From the NCBI GenBank assembly GCA_002269645.1, contig NIVC01001970.1, positions 13,329 to 77,328 on the forward strand: 64,000 nucleotides of DNA. The letters are read 5' to 3'. The first letter of the stretch is position 1, and each line of letters begins with the position of its first letter. The notes under the pieces were generated by a model. The model was not told the origin of the DNA and made no database searches. It was given only the letters and a program-made list of their open reading frames with translations. The stretch is from Macrostomum lignano. Its lineage: Eukaryota. The translations under genes were made by a program, and so were the position numbers. Below, in pieces: positions 1 to 14,900 of this stretch.

Positions 1-3000
1 AGCTCTTCCTTGTAGCGTACCGACCCGACTGATGTCTGCAGCATCTCACAGACGCCCATGTCCTCCACATCCTGTTTCGCTCGAACGGAGCCGACCATGA
101 AGGATGTCTCAAGGAACGAAGCGCATTCTCTCACTTCTAGCTCTTCTTTGTAGCGCATTGTCGAGTCCGATGTCTGCAGCATCTCACAGACGCCCATGCC
201 TCTACATCTGTTTCGCTCGAACGGAGCCGACCATGACCGAAGTCTCGAGGAAGGATGCGCACTCTCTTACTTCAAGCTCTTCCTTGTAGCGTACCGACCC
301 GACTGATGTCTGCAGCATCTCACAGACGCCCATGTCCTCCACATCCTGTTTCGCTCGAACGGAGCCGACCATGAAGGATGTCTCAAGGAACGAAGCGCAT
401 TCTCTTACTTCTAGCTCTTCTTTGTAGCGCATTGTCGAGTCCGATGTCTGCAGCATCTCACAGACGCCCATGCCTCCACATCCTGTTTCGCTCGAACGGA
501 GCCGACCATGACGAAGTCTCGAGGAAGGATGCGCACTCTCTTACTTCAAGCTCTTCCTTGTAGCGTACCGACCCGACTGATGTCTGCAGCATCTCACAGA
601 CGCCCATGTCCTCCACATCCTGTTTCGCTCGAACGGAGCCGACCATGAAGGATGTCTCAAGGAACGAAGCGCATTCTCTCACTTCTAGCTCTTCTTTGTA
701 GCGCATTGTCGAGTCCGATGTCTGCAGCATCTCACAGACGCCCATGTCCTCCACATCCTGTTTCGCTCGAACGGAGCCGACCATGACCGAAGTCTCGAGG
801 AAGGATGCGCACTCTCTTACTTCAAGCTCTTCCTTGTAGCGTACCGACCCGACTGATGTCTGCAGCATCTCACAGACGCCCATGTCCTCCACATCCTGTT
901 TCGCTCGAACGGAGCCGACCATGACCGAAGTCTCGAGGAAGGATGCGCACTCTCTTACTTCAAGCTCTTCCTTGTAGCGTACCGACCCGACTGATGTCTG
1001 CAGCATCTCACAGACGCCCATGTCCTCCACATCCTGTTTCGCTCGAACGGAGCCGACCATGACCGAAGTCTCGAGGAAGGATGCGCACTCTCTTACTTCA
1101 AGCTCTTCCTTGTAGCGTACCGACCCGACTGATGTCTGCAGCATCTCACAGACGCCCATGTCCTCCACATCCTGTTTCGCTCGAACGGAGCCGACCATGA
1201 AGGATGTCTCAAGGAACGAAGCGCATTCTCTCACTTCTAGCTCTTCTTTGTAGCGCATTGTCGAGTCCGATGTCTGCAGCATCTCACAGACGCCCATGCC
1301 TCTACATCTGTTTCGCTCGAACGGAGCCGACCATGACCGAAGTCTCGAGGAAGGATGCGCACTCTCTTACTTCAAGCTCTTCCTTGTAGCGTACCGACCC
1401 GACTGATGTCTGCAGCATCTCACAGACGCCCATGTCCTCCACATCCTGTTTCGCTCGAACGGAGCCGACCATGAAGGATGTCTCAAGGAACGAAGCGCAT
1501 TCTCTCACTTCTAGCTCTTCTTTGTAGCGCATTGTCGAGTCCGATGTCTGCAGCATCTCACAGACGCCCATGCCGTCTACTTCTTGTTTCGCTCGAACGG
1601 AGCCGACCATGACCGAAGTCTCGAGGAAGGATGCGCACTCTCTTACTTCAAGCTCTTCCTTGTAGCGTACCGACCCGACTGATGTCTGCAGCATCTCACA
1701 GACGCCCATGTCCTCCACATCCTGTTTCGCTCGAACGGAGCCGACCATGAAGGATGTCTCAAGGAACGAAGCGCATTCTCTCACTTCTAGCTCTTCTTTG
1801 TAGCGCATTGTCGAGTCCGATGTCTGCAGCATCTCACAGACGCCCATGCCGTCTACATCTGTTTCGCTCGAACGGAGCCGACCATGACCGAAGTCTCGAG
1901 GAAGGATGCGCACTCTCTTACTTCAAGCTCTTCCTTGTAGCGTACCGACCCGACTGATGTCTGCAGCATCTCACAGACGCCCATGTCCTCCACATCCTGT
2001 TTCGCTCGAACGGAGCCGACCATGACCGAAGTCTCGAGGAAGGATGCGCACTCTCTTACTTCAAGCTCTTCTTGTAGCGTACCGACCGACTGATGTCTGC
2101 AGCATCTCACAGACGCCCATGTCCTCCACATCCTGTTTCGCTCGAACGGAGCCGACCATGAAGGATGTCTCAAGGAACGAAGCGCATTCTCTCACTTCTA
2201 GCTCTTCTTTGTAGCGCATTGTCGAGTCCGATGTCTGCAGCATCTCACAGACGCCCATGCCTCTACTTCTGTTTCGCTCGAACGGAGCCGACCATGACCG
2301 AAGTCTCGAGGAAGGATGCGCACTCTCTTACTTCAAGCTCTTCCTTGTAGCGTACCGACCCGACTGATGTCTGCAGCATCTCACAGACGCCCATGCCGTC
2401 CTACTTCTGTTTCGCTCGAACGGAGCCGACCATGACCGAAGTCTCGAGGAAGGATGCGCACTCTCTTACTTCAAGCTCTTCTTGTAGCGTACCGACCGAC
2501 TGATGTCTGCAGCATCTCACAGACGCCCATGTCCTCCACATCCTGTTTCGCTCGAACGGAGCCGACCATGAAGGATGTCTCAAGGAACGAAGCGCACTCT
2601 CTTACTTCTAGCTCTTCTTTGTAGCGCATTGTCGAGTCCGATGTCTGCAGCATCTCACAGACGCCCATGTCCTCCACATCCTGTTTCGCTCGAACGGAGC
2701 CGACCATGAAGGATGTCTCAAGGAACGAAGCGCATTCTCTCACTTCTAGCTCTTCTTTGTAGCGCATTGTCGAGTCCGATGTCTGCAGCATCTCACAGAC
2801 GCCCATGCCGTCTACTTCTGTTTCGCTCGAACGGAGCCGACCATGACCGAAGTCTCGAGGAAGGATGCGCACTCTCTTACTTCAAGCTCTTCCTTGTAGC
2901 GTACCGACCCGACTGATGTCTGCAGCATCTCACAGACGCCCATGTCCTCCACATCCTGTTTCGCTCGAACGGAGCCGACCATGAAGGATGTCTCAAGGAA

Positions 3001-5935
3001 CGAAGCGCATTCTCTCACTTCTAGCTCTTCTTTGTAGCGCATTGTCGAGTCCGATGTCTGCAGCATCTCACAGACGCCCATGCCTCTACATCTGTTTCGC
3101 TCGAACGGAGCCGACCATGACCGAAGTCTCGAGGAAGGATGCGCACTCTCTTACTTCAAGCTCTTCCTTGTAGCGTACCGACCCGACTGATGTCTGCAGC
3201 ATCTCACAGACGCCCATGTCCTCCACATCCTGTTTCGCTCGAACGGAGCCGACCATGAAGGATGTCTCAAGGAACGAAGCGCATTCTCTCACTTCTAGCT
3301 CTTCTTTGTAGCGCATTGTCGAGTCCGATGTCTGCAGCATCTCACAGACGCCCATGCCGTCACTTCTGTTTCGCTCGAACGGAGCCGACCATGACGAAGT
3401 CTCGAGGAAGGATGCGCACTCTCTTACTTCAAGCTCTTCCTTGTAGCGTACCGACCCGACTGATGTCTGCAGCATCTCACAGACACCCATGTCCTCCACA
3501 TCCTGTTTCGCTCGAACGGAGCCGACCATGAAGGATGTCTCAAGGAACGAAGCGCATTCTCTCACTTCTAGCTCTTCTTTGTAGCGCATTGTCGAGTCCG
3601 ATGTCTGCAGCATCTCACAGACGCCCATGTCCTCCACATCCTGTTTCGCTCGAACGGAGCCGACCATGACCGAAGTCTCGAGGAAGGATGCGCACTCTCT
3701 TACTTCAAGCTCTTCCTTGTAGCGTACCGACCCGACTGATGTCTGCAGCATCTCACAGACGCCCATGTCCTCCACATCCTGTTTCGCTCGAACGGAGCCG
3801 ACCATGAAGGATGTCTCAAGGAACGAAGCGCACTCTCTTACTTCTAGCTCTTCTTTGTAGCGCATTGTCGAGTCCGATGTCTGCAGCATCTCACAGACGC
3901 CCATGTCCTCCACATCCTGTTTCGCTCGAACGGAGCCGACCATGACCGAAGTCTCGAGGAAGGATGCGCACTCTCTTACTTCAAGCTCTTCCTTGTAGCG
4001 TACCGACCCGACTGATGTCTGCAGCATCTCACAGACGCCCATGTCCTCCACATCCTGTTTCGCTCGAACGGAGCCGACCATGACCGAAGTCTCGAGGAAG
4101 GATGCGCACTCTCTTACTTCAAGCTCTTCCTTGTAGCGTACCGACCCGACTGATGTCTGCAGCATCTCACAGACGCCCATGTCCTCCACATCCTGTTTCG
4201 CTCGAACGGAGCCGACCATGAAGGATGTCTCAAGGAACGAAGCGCATTCTCTCACTTCTAGCTCTTCTTTGTAGCGCATTGTCGAGTCCGATGTCTGCAG
4301 CATCTCACAGAAGCCCATGCCGTCTACTTCTTGTTTCGCTCGAACGGAGCCGACCATGACCGAAGTCTCGAGGAAGGATGCGCACTCTCTTACTTCAAGC
4401 TCTTCCTTGTAGCGTACCGACTTGACTGATGTCTGCAGCATCTCACAGACGCCCATGTCCTCCACATCCTGTTTCGCTCGAACGGAGCCGACCATGAAGG
4501 ATGTCTCAAGGAACGAAGCGCATTCTCTCACTTCTAGCTCTTCTTTGTAGCGCATTGTCGAGTCCGATGTCTGCAGCATCTCACAGAAGCCCATGCCGTC
4601 TACTTCTTGTTTCGCTCGAACGGAGCCGACCATGATCGAAGTCTCGAGGAAGGATGCGCACTCTCTTACTTCAAGCTCTTCCTTGTAGCGTACCGACCCG
4701 ACTGATGTCTGCAGCATCTCACAGACGCCCATGTCCTCCACATCCTGTTTCGCTCGAACGGAGCCGACCATGAAGGATGTCTCAAGGAACGAAGCGCATT
4801 CTCTCACTTCTAGCTCTTCTTTGTAGCGCATTGTCGAGTCCGATGTCTGCAGCATCTCACAGAAGCCCATGCCGTCTACTTCTTGTTTCGCTCGAACGGA
4901 GCCGACCATGACCGAAGTCTCGAGGAAGGATGCGCACTCTCTTACTTCAAGCTCTTCCTTGTAGCGTACCGACCCGACTGATGTCTGCAGCATCTCACAG
5001 ACGCCCATGTCCTCCACATCCTGTTTCGCTCGAACGGAGCCGACCATGAAGGATGTCTCAAGGAACGAAGCGCATTCTCTCACTTCTAGCTCTTCTTTGT
5101 AGCGCATTGTCGAGTCCGATGTCTGCAGCATCTCACAGAAGCCCATGCCGTCTACTTCTTGTTTCGCTCGAACGGAGCCGACCATGACCGAAGTCTCGAG
5201 GAAGGATGCGCACTCTCTTACTTCAAGCTCTTCCTTGTAGCGTACCGACCCGACTGATGTCTGCAGCATCTCACAGACGCCCATGTCCTCCACATCCTGT
5301 TTCGCTCGAACGGAGCCGACCATGAAGGATGTCTCAAGGAACGAAGCGCATTCTCTCACTTCTAGCTCTTCTTTGTAGCGCATTGTCGAGTCCGATGTCT
5401 GCAGCATCTCACAGAAGCCCATGCCGTCTACTTCTTGTTTCGCTCGAACGGAGCCGACCATGACCGAAGTCTCGAGGAAGGATGCGCACTCTCTTACTTC
5501 AAGCTCTTCCTTGTAGCGTACCGACTTGACTGATGTCTGCAGCATCTCACAGACGCCCATGTCCTCCACATCCTGTTTCGCTCGAACGGAGCCGACCATG
5601 AAGGATGTCTCAAGGAACGAAGCGCATTCTCTCACTTCTAGCTCTTCTTTGTAGCGCATTGTCGAGTCCGATGTCTGCAGCATCTCACAGAAGCCCATGC
5701 CGTCTACTTCTTGTTTCGCTCGAACGGAGCCGACCATGATCGAAGTCTCGAGGAAGGATGCGCACTCTCTTACTTCAAGCTCTTCCTTGTAGCGTACCGA
5801 CCCGACTGATGTCTGCAGCATCTCACAGACGCCCATGTCCTCCACATCCTGTTTCGCTCGAACGGAGCCGACCATGAAGGATGTCTCAAGGAACGAAGCG
5901 CATTCTCTCACTTCTAGCTCTTCTTTGTAGCGCAT
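1..5935 (-). repeat. Coding tandem array of 138-bp (46-aa) units, mostly alternating two variants (276-bp dimer)
   Basis: MGVCEMLQTSVGSVRYKEELEVRECASFLETSVMVGSVRAKQDVED alternates with the ...TSDSTMRY...TSFMV... variant. Confidence 0.95.
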
Positions 5936-8900
5936 TGTCGTGTCTGATGTCTCCAACATCTCACAGAAGCCCATGTCGTTCACACTCTGGCTTACTTGAA
6001 TGGACTCACTCAAGACAGTCGTTTCCAGGAATGAGGCGCATTCGTTGAGCTTCGGCTCTTCCTTGTAGCGTACCGACCCGTCTAATGTGGGCAGCATCTC
6101 ACAGACGCCCATTTCATCGACTGGCTGTTCCACTTGAACTGAAGCCTCCTTCACAAGTGTCTCTACTCGGATAGCGCCTTCCAGGAATGTGGTCTCGGAG
6201 AATGTGAAGCACTCGTCGAGTTTCGGCACCTCCTTGTAGCGTACCGACCCGTCTGATGTGAGCAGCATCTCACAGACGCCCATTCCATCGACTGGCTGTT
6301 CCACTTGAACTGAAGCCTCCTTCACAAGTGTCTCTACTCTGATAGCGCCTTCCAGGAATGTGGTCTCGGAGAATGTGAAGCACTCGTTGAGTTTCGGCTC
6401 TTCCTTGTAGCGTACCGACCCGTCTGATGTGAGCAGCATCTCACAGACGCCCATTCCATCAACTGGCTGTTCCACTTGAACTGAAGCCTCCTTCACAAGT
6501 GTCTCTACTCGGATAGCGCCTTCCAGGAATGTGGTCTCGGAGAATGTAAAGCACTCGTCGAGTTTCGGCTCCTCCTTGTAGCGTATGGACCCGTCTGATG
6601 TGAGCAGCATCTCACAGACGCCCATGTCGTCTATTTCTTGTTTCACTCGAACAGATCCCATCATGACGGATGTCTCGAGGAACGATGCGCAGTCTCTCAC
6701 TTCTAGCTCTTCTTTGTAGCGCATTGTCGTGTCTGATGTCTCCAACATCTCACAGAAGCCCATGTCGTTCACACTCTGGCTTACTCGAATGGACTCACTC
6801 AAGACAGTCGTTTCCAGGAATGAGGCGCATTCGTTGAGCTTCGGCTCTTCCTTGTAGCGTACCGACCCGTCTAATGTGGGCAGCATCTCACAGACGCCCA
6901 TTTCATCGACTGGCTGTTCCACTTGAACTGAAGCCTCCTTCACAAGTGTCTCTACTCGGATAGCGCCTTCCAGGAATGTGGTCTCGGAGAATGTGAAGCA
7001 CTCGTTGAGTTTCGGCTCTTCCTTGTAGCGTACCGACCCGTCTGATGTGAGCAGCATCTCACAGACGCCCATTCCATCGACTGGCTGTTCCACTTGAACT
7101 GAAGCCTCCTTCACAAGTGTCTCTACTCGGATAGCGCCTTCCAGGAATGTGGTCTCGGAGAATGTGAAGCACTCGTTGAGTTTCGGCTCTTCCTTGTAGC
7201 GTACCGACCCGTCTGATGTGAGCAGCATCTCACAGACGCCCATTTCATCGACTGGCTGTTCCACTTGAACTGAAGCCTCCTTCACAAGTGTCTCTACTCG
7301 GATAGCGCCTTCCAGGAATGTGGTCTCGGAGAATGTGAAGCACTCGTCGAGTTTCGGCTCCTCCTTGTAGCGTATGGACCCGTCTGATGTGAGCAGCATC
7401 TCACAGACGCCCATTCCATCGACTGGCTGTTCCACTTGAACTGAAGCCTCCTTCACAAGTGTCTCTACTCGGATAGCGCCTTCCAGGAATGTGGTCTCGG
7501 AGAATGTGAAGCACTCGTCGAGTTTCGGCTCCTCCTTGTAGCGTATGGACCCGTCTGATGTGAGCAGCATCTCACAGACGCCCATGTCGTCTATTTCTTG
7601 TTTCACTCGAACAGATCCCATCATGACGGATGTCTCGAGGAACGATGCGCAGTCTCTCACTTCTAGCTCTTCTTTGTAGCGCATTGTCGTGTCTGATGTC
7701 TCCAACATCTCACAGAAGCCCATGTCGTTCACACTCTGGCTTACTCGAATGGACTCACTCAAGACAGTCGTTTCCAGGAATGAGGCGCATTCGTTGAGCT
7801 TCGGCTCTTCCTTGTAGCGTACCGACCCGTCTAATGTGGGCAGCATCTCACAGACGCCCATTCCATCGACTGGCTGTTCCACTTGAACTGAAGCCTCCTT
7901 CACAAGTGTCTCTACTCGGATAGCGCCTTCCAGGAATGTGGTCTCGGAGAATGTGAAGCACTCGTTGAGTTTCGGCTCTTCCTTGTAGCGTACCGACCCG
8001 TCTGATGTGAGCAGCATCTCACAGACGCCCATTCCATCGACTGGCTGTTCCACTTGAACTGAAGCCTCCTTCACAAGTGTCTCTACTCTGATAGCGCCTT
8101 CCAGGAATGTGGTCTCGGAGAATGTGAAGCACTCGTTGAGTTTAGGCTCTTCCTTGTAGCGTACTGACCCGTCTGATGTGAGCAGCATCTCACAGACGCC
8201 CATTCCATCGACTGGCTGTTCCACTTGAACTGAAGCCTCCTTCACAAGTGTCTCTACTCGGATAGCGCCTTCCAGGAATGTGGTCTCGGAGAATGTAAAG
8301 CACTCGTCGAGTTTCGGCTCCTCCTTGTAGCGTATGGACCCGTCTGATGTGAGCAGCATCTCACAGACGCCCATTCCATCGACTGGCTGTTCCACTTGAA
8401 CTGAAGCCTCCTTCACAAGTGTCTCTACTCGGATAGCGCCTTCCAGGAATGTGGTCTCGGAGAATGTAAAGCACTCGTCGAGTTTCGGCTCCTCCTTGTA
8501 GCGTATGGACCCGTCTGATGTGAGCAGCATCTCACAGACGCCCATGTCGTCTATTTCTTGTTTCACTCGAACAGATCCCATCATGACGGATGTCTCGAGG
8601 AACGATGCGCAGTCTCTCACTTCTAGCTCTTCTTTGTAGCGCATTGTCGTGTCTGATTTCTCCAACATCTCACAGAAGCCCATGTCGTTCACACTCTGGC
8701 TTACTCGAATGGACTCACTCAAGACAGTCGTTTCCAGGAATGAGGCGCATTCGTTGAGCTTCGGCTCTTCCTTGTAGCGTACCGACCCGTCTAATGTGGG
8801 CAGCATCTCACAGACGCCCATTTCATCGACTGGCTGTTCCACTTGAACTGAAGCCTCCTTCACAAGTGTCTCTACTCGGATAGCGCCTTCCAGGAATGTG

Positions 8901-11900
8901 GTCTCGGAGAATGTGAAGCACTCGTTGAGTTTCGGCTCTTCCTTGTAGCGTACCGACCCGTCTGATGTGAGCAGCATCTCACAGACGCCCATTCCATCGA
9001 CTGGCTGTTCCACTTGAACTGAAGCCTCCTTCACAAGTGTCTCTACTCTGATAGCGCCTTCCAGGAATGTGGTCTCGGAGAATGTGAAGCACTCGTTGAG
9101 TTTAGGCTCTTCCTTGTAGCGTACTGACCCGTCTGATGTGAGCAGCATCTCACAGACGCCCATTCCATCGACTGGCTGTTCCACTTGAACTGAAGCCTCC
9201 TTCACAAGTGTCTCTACTCGGATAGCGCCTTCCAGGAATGTGGTCTCGGAGAATGTAAAGCACTCGTCGAGTTTCGGCTCCTCCTTGTAGCGTATGGACC
9301 CGTCTGATGTGAGCAGCATCTCACAGACGCCCATGTCGTCTATTTCTTGTTTCACTCGAACAGATCCCATCATGACGGATGTCTCGAGGAACGATGCGCA
9401 GTCTCTCACTTCTAGCTCTTCTTTGTAGCGCATTGTCGTGTCTGATTTCTCCAACATCTCACAGAAGCCCATGTCGTTCACACTCTGGCTTACTCGAATG
9501 GACTCACTCAAGACAGTCGTTTCCAGGAATGAGGCGCATTCGTTGAGCTTCGGCTCTTCCTTGTAGCGTACCGACCCGTCTAATGTGGGCAGCATCTCAC
9601 AGACGCCCATTTCATCGACTGGCTGTTCCACTTGAACTGAAGCCTCCTTCACAAGTGTCTCTACTCGGATAGCGCCTTCCAGGAATGTGGTCTCGGAGAA
9701 TGTGAAGCACTCGTTGAGTTTCGGCTCTTCCTTGTAGCGTACCGACCCGTCTGATGTGAGCAGCATCTCACAGACGCCCATTCCATCGACTGGCTGTTCC
9801 ACTTGAACTGAAGCCTCCTTCACAAGTGTCTCTACTCTGATAGCGCCTTCCAGGAATGTGGTCTCGGAGAATGTGAAGCACTCGTTGAGTTTAGGCTCTT
9901 CCTTGTAGCGTACTGACCCGTCTGATTTGAGCAGCATCTCACAGACGCCCATTCCATCGACTGGCTGTTCCACTTGAACTGAAGCCTCCTTCACAAGTGT
10001 CTCTACTCGGATAGCGCCTTCCAGGAATGTGGTCTCGGAGAATGTGAAGCACTCGTCGAGTTTCGGCTCCTCCTTGTAGCGTATGGACCCGTCTGATGTG
10101 AGCAGCATCTCACAGACGCCCATGTCGTCTATTTCTTGTTTCACTCGAACAGATCCCATCATGACGGATGTCTCGAGGAACGATGCGCAGTCTCTCACTT
10201 CTAGCTCTTCTTTGTAGCGCATTGTCGTGTCTGATGTCTCCAACATCTCACAGAAGCCCATGTCGTTCACACTCTGGCTTACTCGAATGGACTCACTCAA
10301 GACAGTCGTTTCCAGGAATGAGGCGCATTCGTTGAGCTTCGGCTCTTCCTTGTAGCGTACCGACCCGTCTAATGTGGGCAGCATCTCACAGACGCCCATT
10401 TCATCGACTGGCTGTTCCACTTGAACTGAAGCCTCCTTCACAAGTGTCTCTACTCTGATAGCGCCTTCCAGGAATGTGGTCTCGGAGAATGTGAAGCACT
10501 CGTTGAGTTTCGGCTCTTCCTTGTAGCGTACCGACCCGTCTGATGTGAGCAGCATCTCACAGACGCCCATTCCATCGACTGGCTGTTCCACTTGAACTGA
10601 AGCCTCCTTCACAAGTGTCTCTACTCTGATAGCGCCTTCCAGGAATGTGGTCTCGGAGAATGTGAAGCACTCGTTGAGTTTAGGCTCTTCCTTGTAGCGT
10701 ACTGACCCGTCTGATGTGAGCAGCATCTCACAGACGCCCATTCCATCGACTGGCTGTTCCACTTGAACTGAAGCCTCCTTCACAAGTGTCTCTACTCGGA
10801 TAGCGCCTTCCAGGAATGTGGTCTCGGAGAATGTAAAGCACTCGTCGAGTTTCGGCTCCTCCTTGTAGCGTATGGACCCGTCTGATGTGAGCAGCATCTC
10901 ACAGACGCCCATGTCGTCTATTTCTTGTTTCACTCGAACAGATCCCATCATGACGGATGTCTCGAGGAACGATGCGCAGTCTCTCACTTCTAGCTCTTCT
11001 TTGTAGCGCATTGTCGTGTCTGATTTCTCCAACATCTCACAGAAGCCCATGTCGTTCACACTCTGGCTTACTCGAATGGACTCACTCAAGACAGTCGTTT
11101 CCAGGAATGAGGCGCATTCGTTGAGCTTCGGCTCTTCCTTGTAGCGTACCGACCCGTCTAATGTGGGCAGCATCTCACAGACGCCCATTTCATCGACTGG
11201 CTGTTCCACTTGAACTGAAGCCTCCTTCACAAGTGTCTCTACTCGGATAGCGCCTTCCAGGAATGTGGTCTCGGAGAATGTGAAGCACTCGTTGAGTTTC
11301 GGCTCTTCCTTGTAGCGTACCGACCCGTCTGATGTGAGCAGCATCTCACAGACGCCCATTCCATCGACTGGCTGTTCCACTTGAACTGAAGCCTCCTTCA
11401 CAAGTGTCTCTACTCTGATAGCGCCTTCCAGGAATGTGGTCTCGGAGAATGTGAAGCACTCGTTGAGTTTAGGCTCTTCCTTGTAGCGTACTGACCCGTC
11501 TGATGTGAGCAGCATCTCACAGACGCCCATTCCATCGACTGGCTGTTCCACTTGAACTGAAGCCTCCTTCACAAGTGTCTCTACTCGGATAGCGCCTTCC
11601 AGGAATGTGGTCTCGGAGAATGTAAAGCACTCGTCGAGTTTCGGCTCCTCCTTGTAGCGTATGGACCCGTCTGATGTGAGCAGCATCTCACAGACGCCCA
11701 TTCCATCGACTGGCTGTTCCACTTGAACTGAAGCCTCCTTCACAAGTGTCTCTACTCTGATAGCGCCTTCCAGGAATGTGGTCTCGGAGAATGTGAAGCA
11801 CTCGTTGAGTTTAGGCTCTTCCTTGTAGCGTACTGACCCGTCTGATTTGAGCAGCATCTCACAGACGCCCATTCCATCGACTGGCTGTTCCACTTGAACT

Positions 11901-14900
11901 GAAGCCTCCTTCACAAGTGTCTCTACTCGGATAGCGCCTTCCAGGAATGTGGTCTCGGAGAATGTGAAGCACTCGTTGAGTTTCGGCTCCTCCTTGTAGC
12001 GTATGGACCCGTCTGATGTGAGCAGCATCTCACAGACGCCCATGTCGTCTATTTCTTGTTTCACTCGAACAGATCCCATCATGACGGATGTCTCGAGGAA
12101 CGATGCGCAGTCTCTCACTTCTAGCTCTTCTTTGTAGCGCATTGTCGTGTCTGATGTCTCCAACATCTCACAGAAGCCCATGTCGTTCACACTCTGGCTT
12201 ACTCGAATGGACTCACTCAAGACAGTCGTTTCCAGGAATGAGGCGCATTCGTTGAGCTTCGGCTCTTCCTTGTAGCGTACCGACCCGTCTAATGTGGGCA
12301 GCATCTCACAGACGCCCATTTCATCGACTGGCTGTTCCACTTGAACTGAAGCCTCCTTCACAAGTGTCTCTACTCTGATAGCGCCTTCCAGGAATGTGGT
12401 CTCGGAGAATGTGAAGCACTCGTTGAGTTTCGGCTCTTCCTTGTAGCGTACTGACCCGTCTGATTTGAGCAGCATCTCACAGACGCCCATTCCATCGACT
12501 GGCTGTTCCACTTGAACTGAAGCCTCCTTCACAAGTGTCTCTACTCGGATAGCGCCTTCCAGGAATGTGGTCTCGGAGAATGTGAAGCACTCGTTGAGTT
12601 TCGGCTCCTCCTTGTAGCGTATGGACCCGTCTGATGTGAGCAGCATCTCACAGACGCCCATGTCGTCTATTTCTTGTTTCACTCGAACAGATCCCATCAT
12701 GACGGATGTCTCGAGGAACGATGCGCAGTCTCTCACTTCTAGCTCTTCTTTGTAGCGCATTGTCGTGTCTGATGTCTCCAACATCTCACAGAAGCCCATG
12801 TCGTTCACACTCTGGCTTACTCGAATGGACTCACTCAAGACAGTCGTTTCCAGGAATGAGGCGCATTCGTTGAGCTTCGGCTCTTCCTTGTAGCGTACCG
12901 ACCCGTCTAATGTGGGCAGCATCTCACAGACGCCCATTTCATCGACTGGCTGTTCCACTTGAACTGAAGCCTCCTTCACAAGTGTCTCTACTCTGATAGC
13001 GCCTTCCAGGAATGTGGTCTCGGAGAATGTGAAGCACTCGTTGAGTTTCGGCTCTTCCTTGTAGCGTACCGACCCGTCTGATGTGAGCAGCATCTCACAG
13101 ACGCCCATTCCATCGACTGGCTGTTCCACTTGAACTGAAGCCTCCTTCACAAGTGTCTCTACTCTGATAGCGCCTTCCAGGAATGTGGTCTCGGAGAATG
13201 TGAAGCACTCGTTTAGTTTCGGCTCTTGCTTGTAACGTACCGACCCGTCTGATGTGAGCAGCGTCTCAGAAACGCCCATCTCATCCACGGTTGGCTCTGC
13301 TCGCACACCAGTCGTTTTGTGTATAAGCTCAAGCGAGCTGGCGCACTCTTCGACCTGCGGTTCGTCCTTGAATCTTACGTTTTCGCTCGCGCTTAGTACC
13401 TCGTTGTATACGCCAATCTCTCCGACTTCTTGATTGACTTGCACAGAAGCTTCTTGGACTTTAGTTTTCGTACGAACGAAGCCTGACTTGACCAACAACT
13501 CAAGCGAGCTGGCGCACTCTTCGACCTTCGGTTCATCCTTGAATCTCATGGCACCATGAGAGAACATAAATTGCTCACAGACGCCCATCTCATCTACGGT
13601 CGGCTGTGCTCGTACACCAGCATTTTCGTGCATAAATTCAAGCGAGCTGTTGCACTGTAGAATTTTCGGCATGTTACTGAATTTTACGTTGCTGTTAACT
13701 GCTTTGATTTTTTCCACTTCTTCAGCAAATCCCAGTTCGCTGACGACTTGTTTGGCTGTTACAGAAACGTCTTTCGTTGTCATCTGTGCTTTGGTGTTGC
13801 TTTCCTTATAAGATTTTTCTAAGTGGGAGAAACACTCTCGAATTTTTGTCTCCTCTTTGCATAAAACAGACGCATCTTCGGTTGAAATTTCCATTTCAAC
13901 GCTCATGCACGCAAGTTTTGGGCTTACGGAGATGCTGCTTTCGCCTGTGAAAGAATCTGTTTGAAGTGCGGCTTCACTAAAGTGGTTCTCATAGTGCACT
14001 TCGCAAGTGCTGAGTTTTTCCTGAGTTTTTTCTTCAGTTTTGCAATTTACACTGCTATCCGCAAATTCCAGGTCAAATGAACACTCAAAATCTGAAATTT
14101 GGTTTTCGATTACGCAGTTGACTCCCTGTTCGGCAGTGACTAGCTCCTGAGACAGGTGCATATATTTTATTTGTTGCTTAACAACTAAAACCGATTCCTC
14201 TGTTTCACAGGTCGTTTTTACGCAGGCATCTTGAACTTCTACTTTTCTCGGTGGTTGAGTTGCCATGAGCTTTTTACGGTTTGTCTCCTCTTCGATTTTT
14301 ATCTCGATGTCGATGTCTACGCTTTGTCTTCCGAATCTCTCATCCACCTGTTCAGCAACATAAAGGGAGTCTGTGTCAGTTTGCCTAACCCGGCTTTCGT
14401 ACTTAATGAGTTTCTCTTCCGTCTCTACTGTTTGGCCAGACTGATCTGTTTGAGTCTCTGAGTCGCTGCTTTCTATTTCTAGACAGAACAGATCATTCTG
14501 CACAGTATAGTGCAGGTGGCAGGCAATCTTGCTCTCCGCCATCACGCTCTGCTTATCGCAACCTGTGCTGGCTATTGGTATCTGCGCAGTTTGACAGCCA
14601 GCCTCGCGCGTGACTGCTTGGGTTTTTCCAACAGCAGCACCGGTGCCGGAGCCTGAGCTTGAAGTCGCATTCGCTTCGCTTTCATTGGAGCTCGAAATTG
14701 CCGTTGCAAGCTTTCGCGTTTCCGAGTACTCTAACTTTTCTTTGACGTCAACTCTCAGCTGGGATCGGCCCTCAGATGCCGATGCAGCAGCGTACGCGGA
14801 CTGAGAGTGCACTATCGGACTCGGAATATTTTCGTGCAGGTAGCGTTTTACTTCGGACTCGTACTCTTGAATGTAGTTGTACACAGCCTGACGAAATACT

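Noticed and set aside
5936-13260. Giant-exon repeats as canonical 38-aa plakin (plectin) repeats or a secreted adhesive/mucin protein
   Set aside because: Unit length (46/57 aa) and sequence lack the GGIIDP-type motif; no signal peptide is seen and the head is a cytoplasmic plakin domain.
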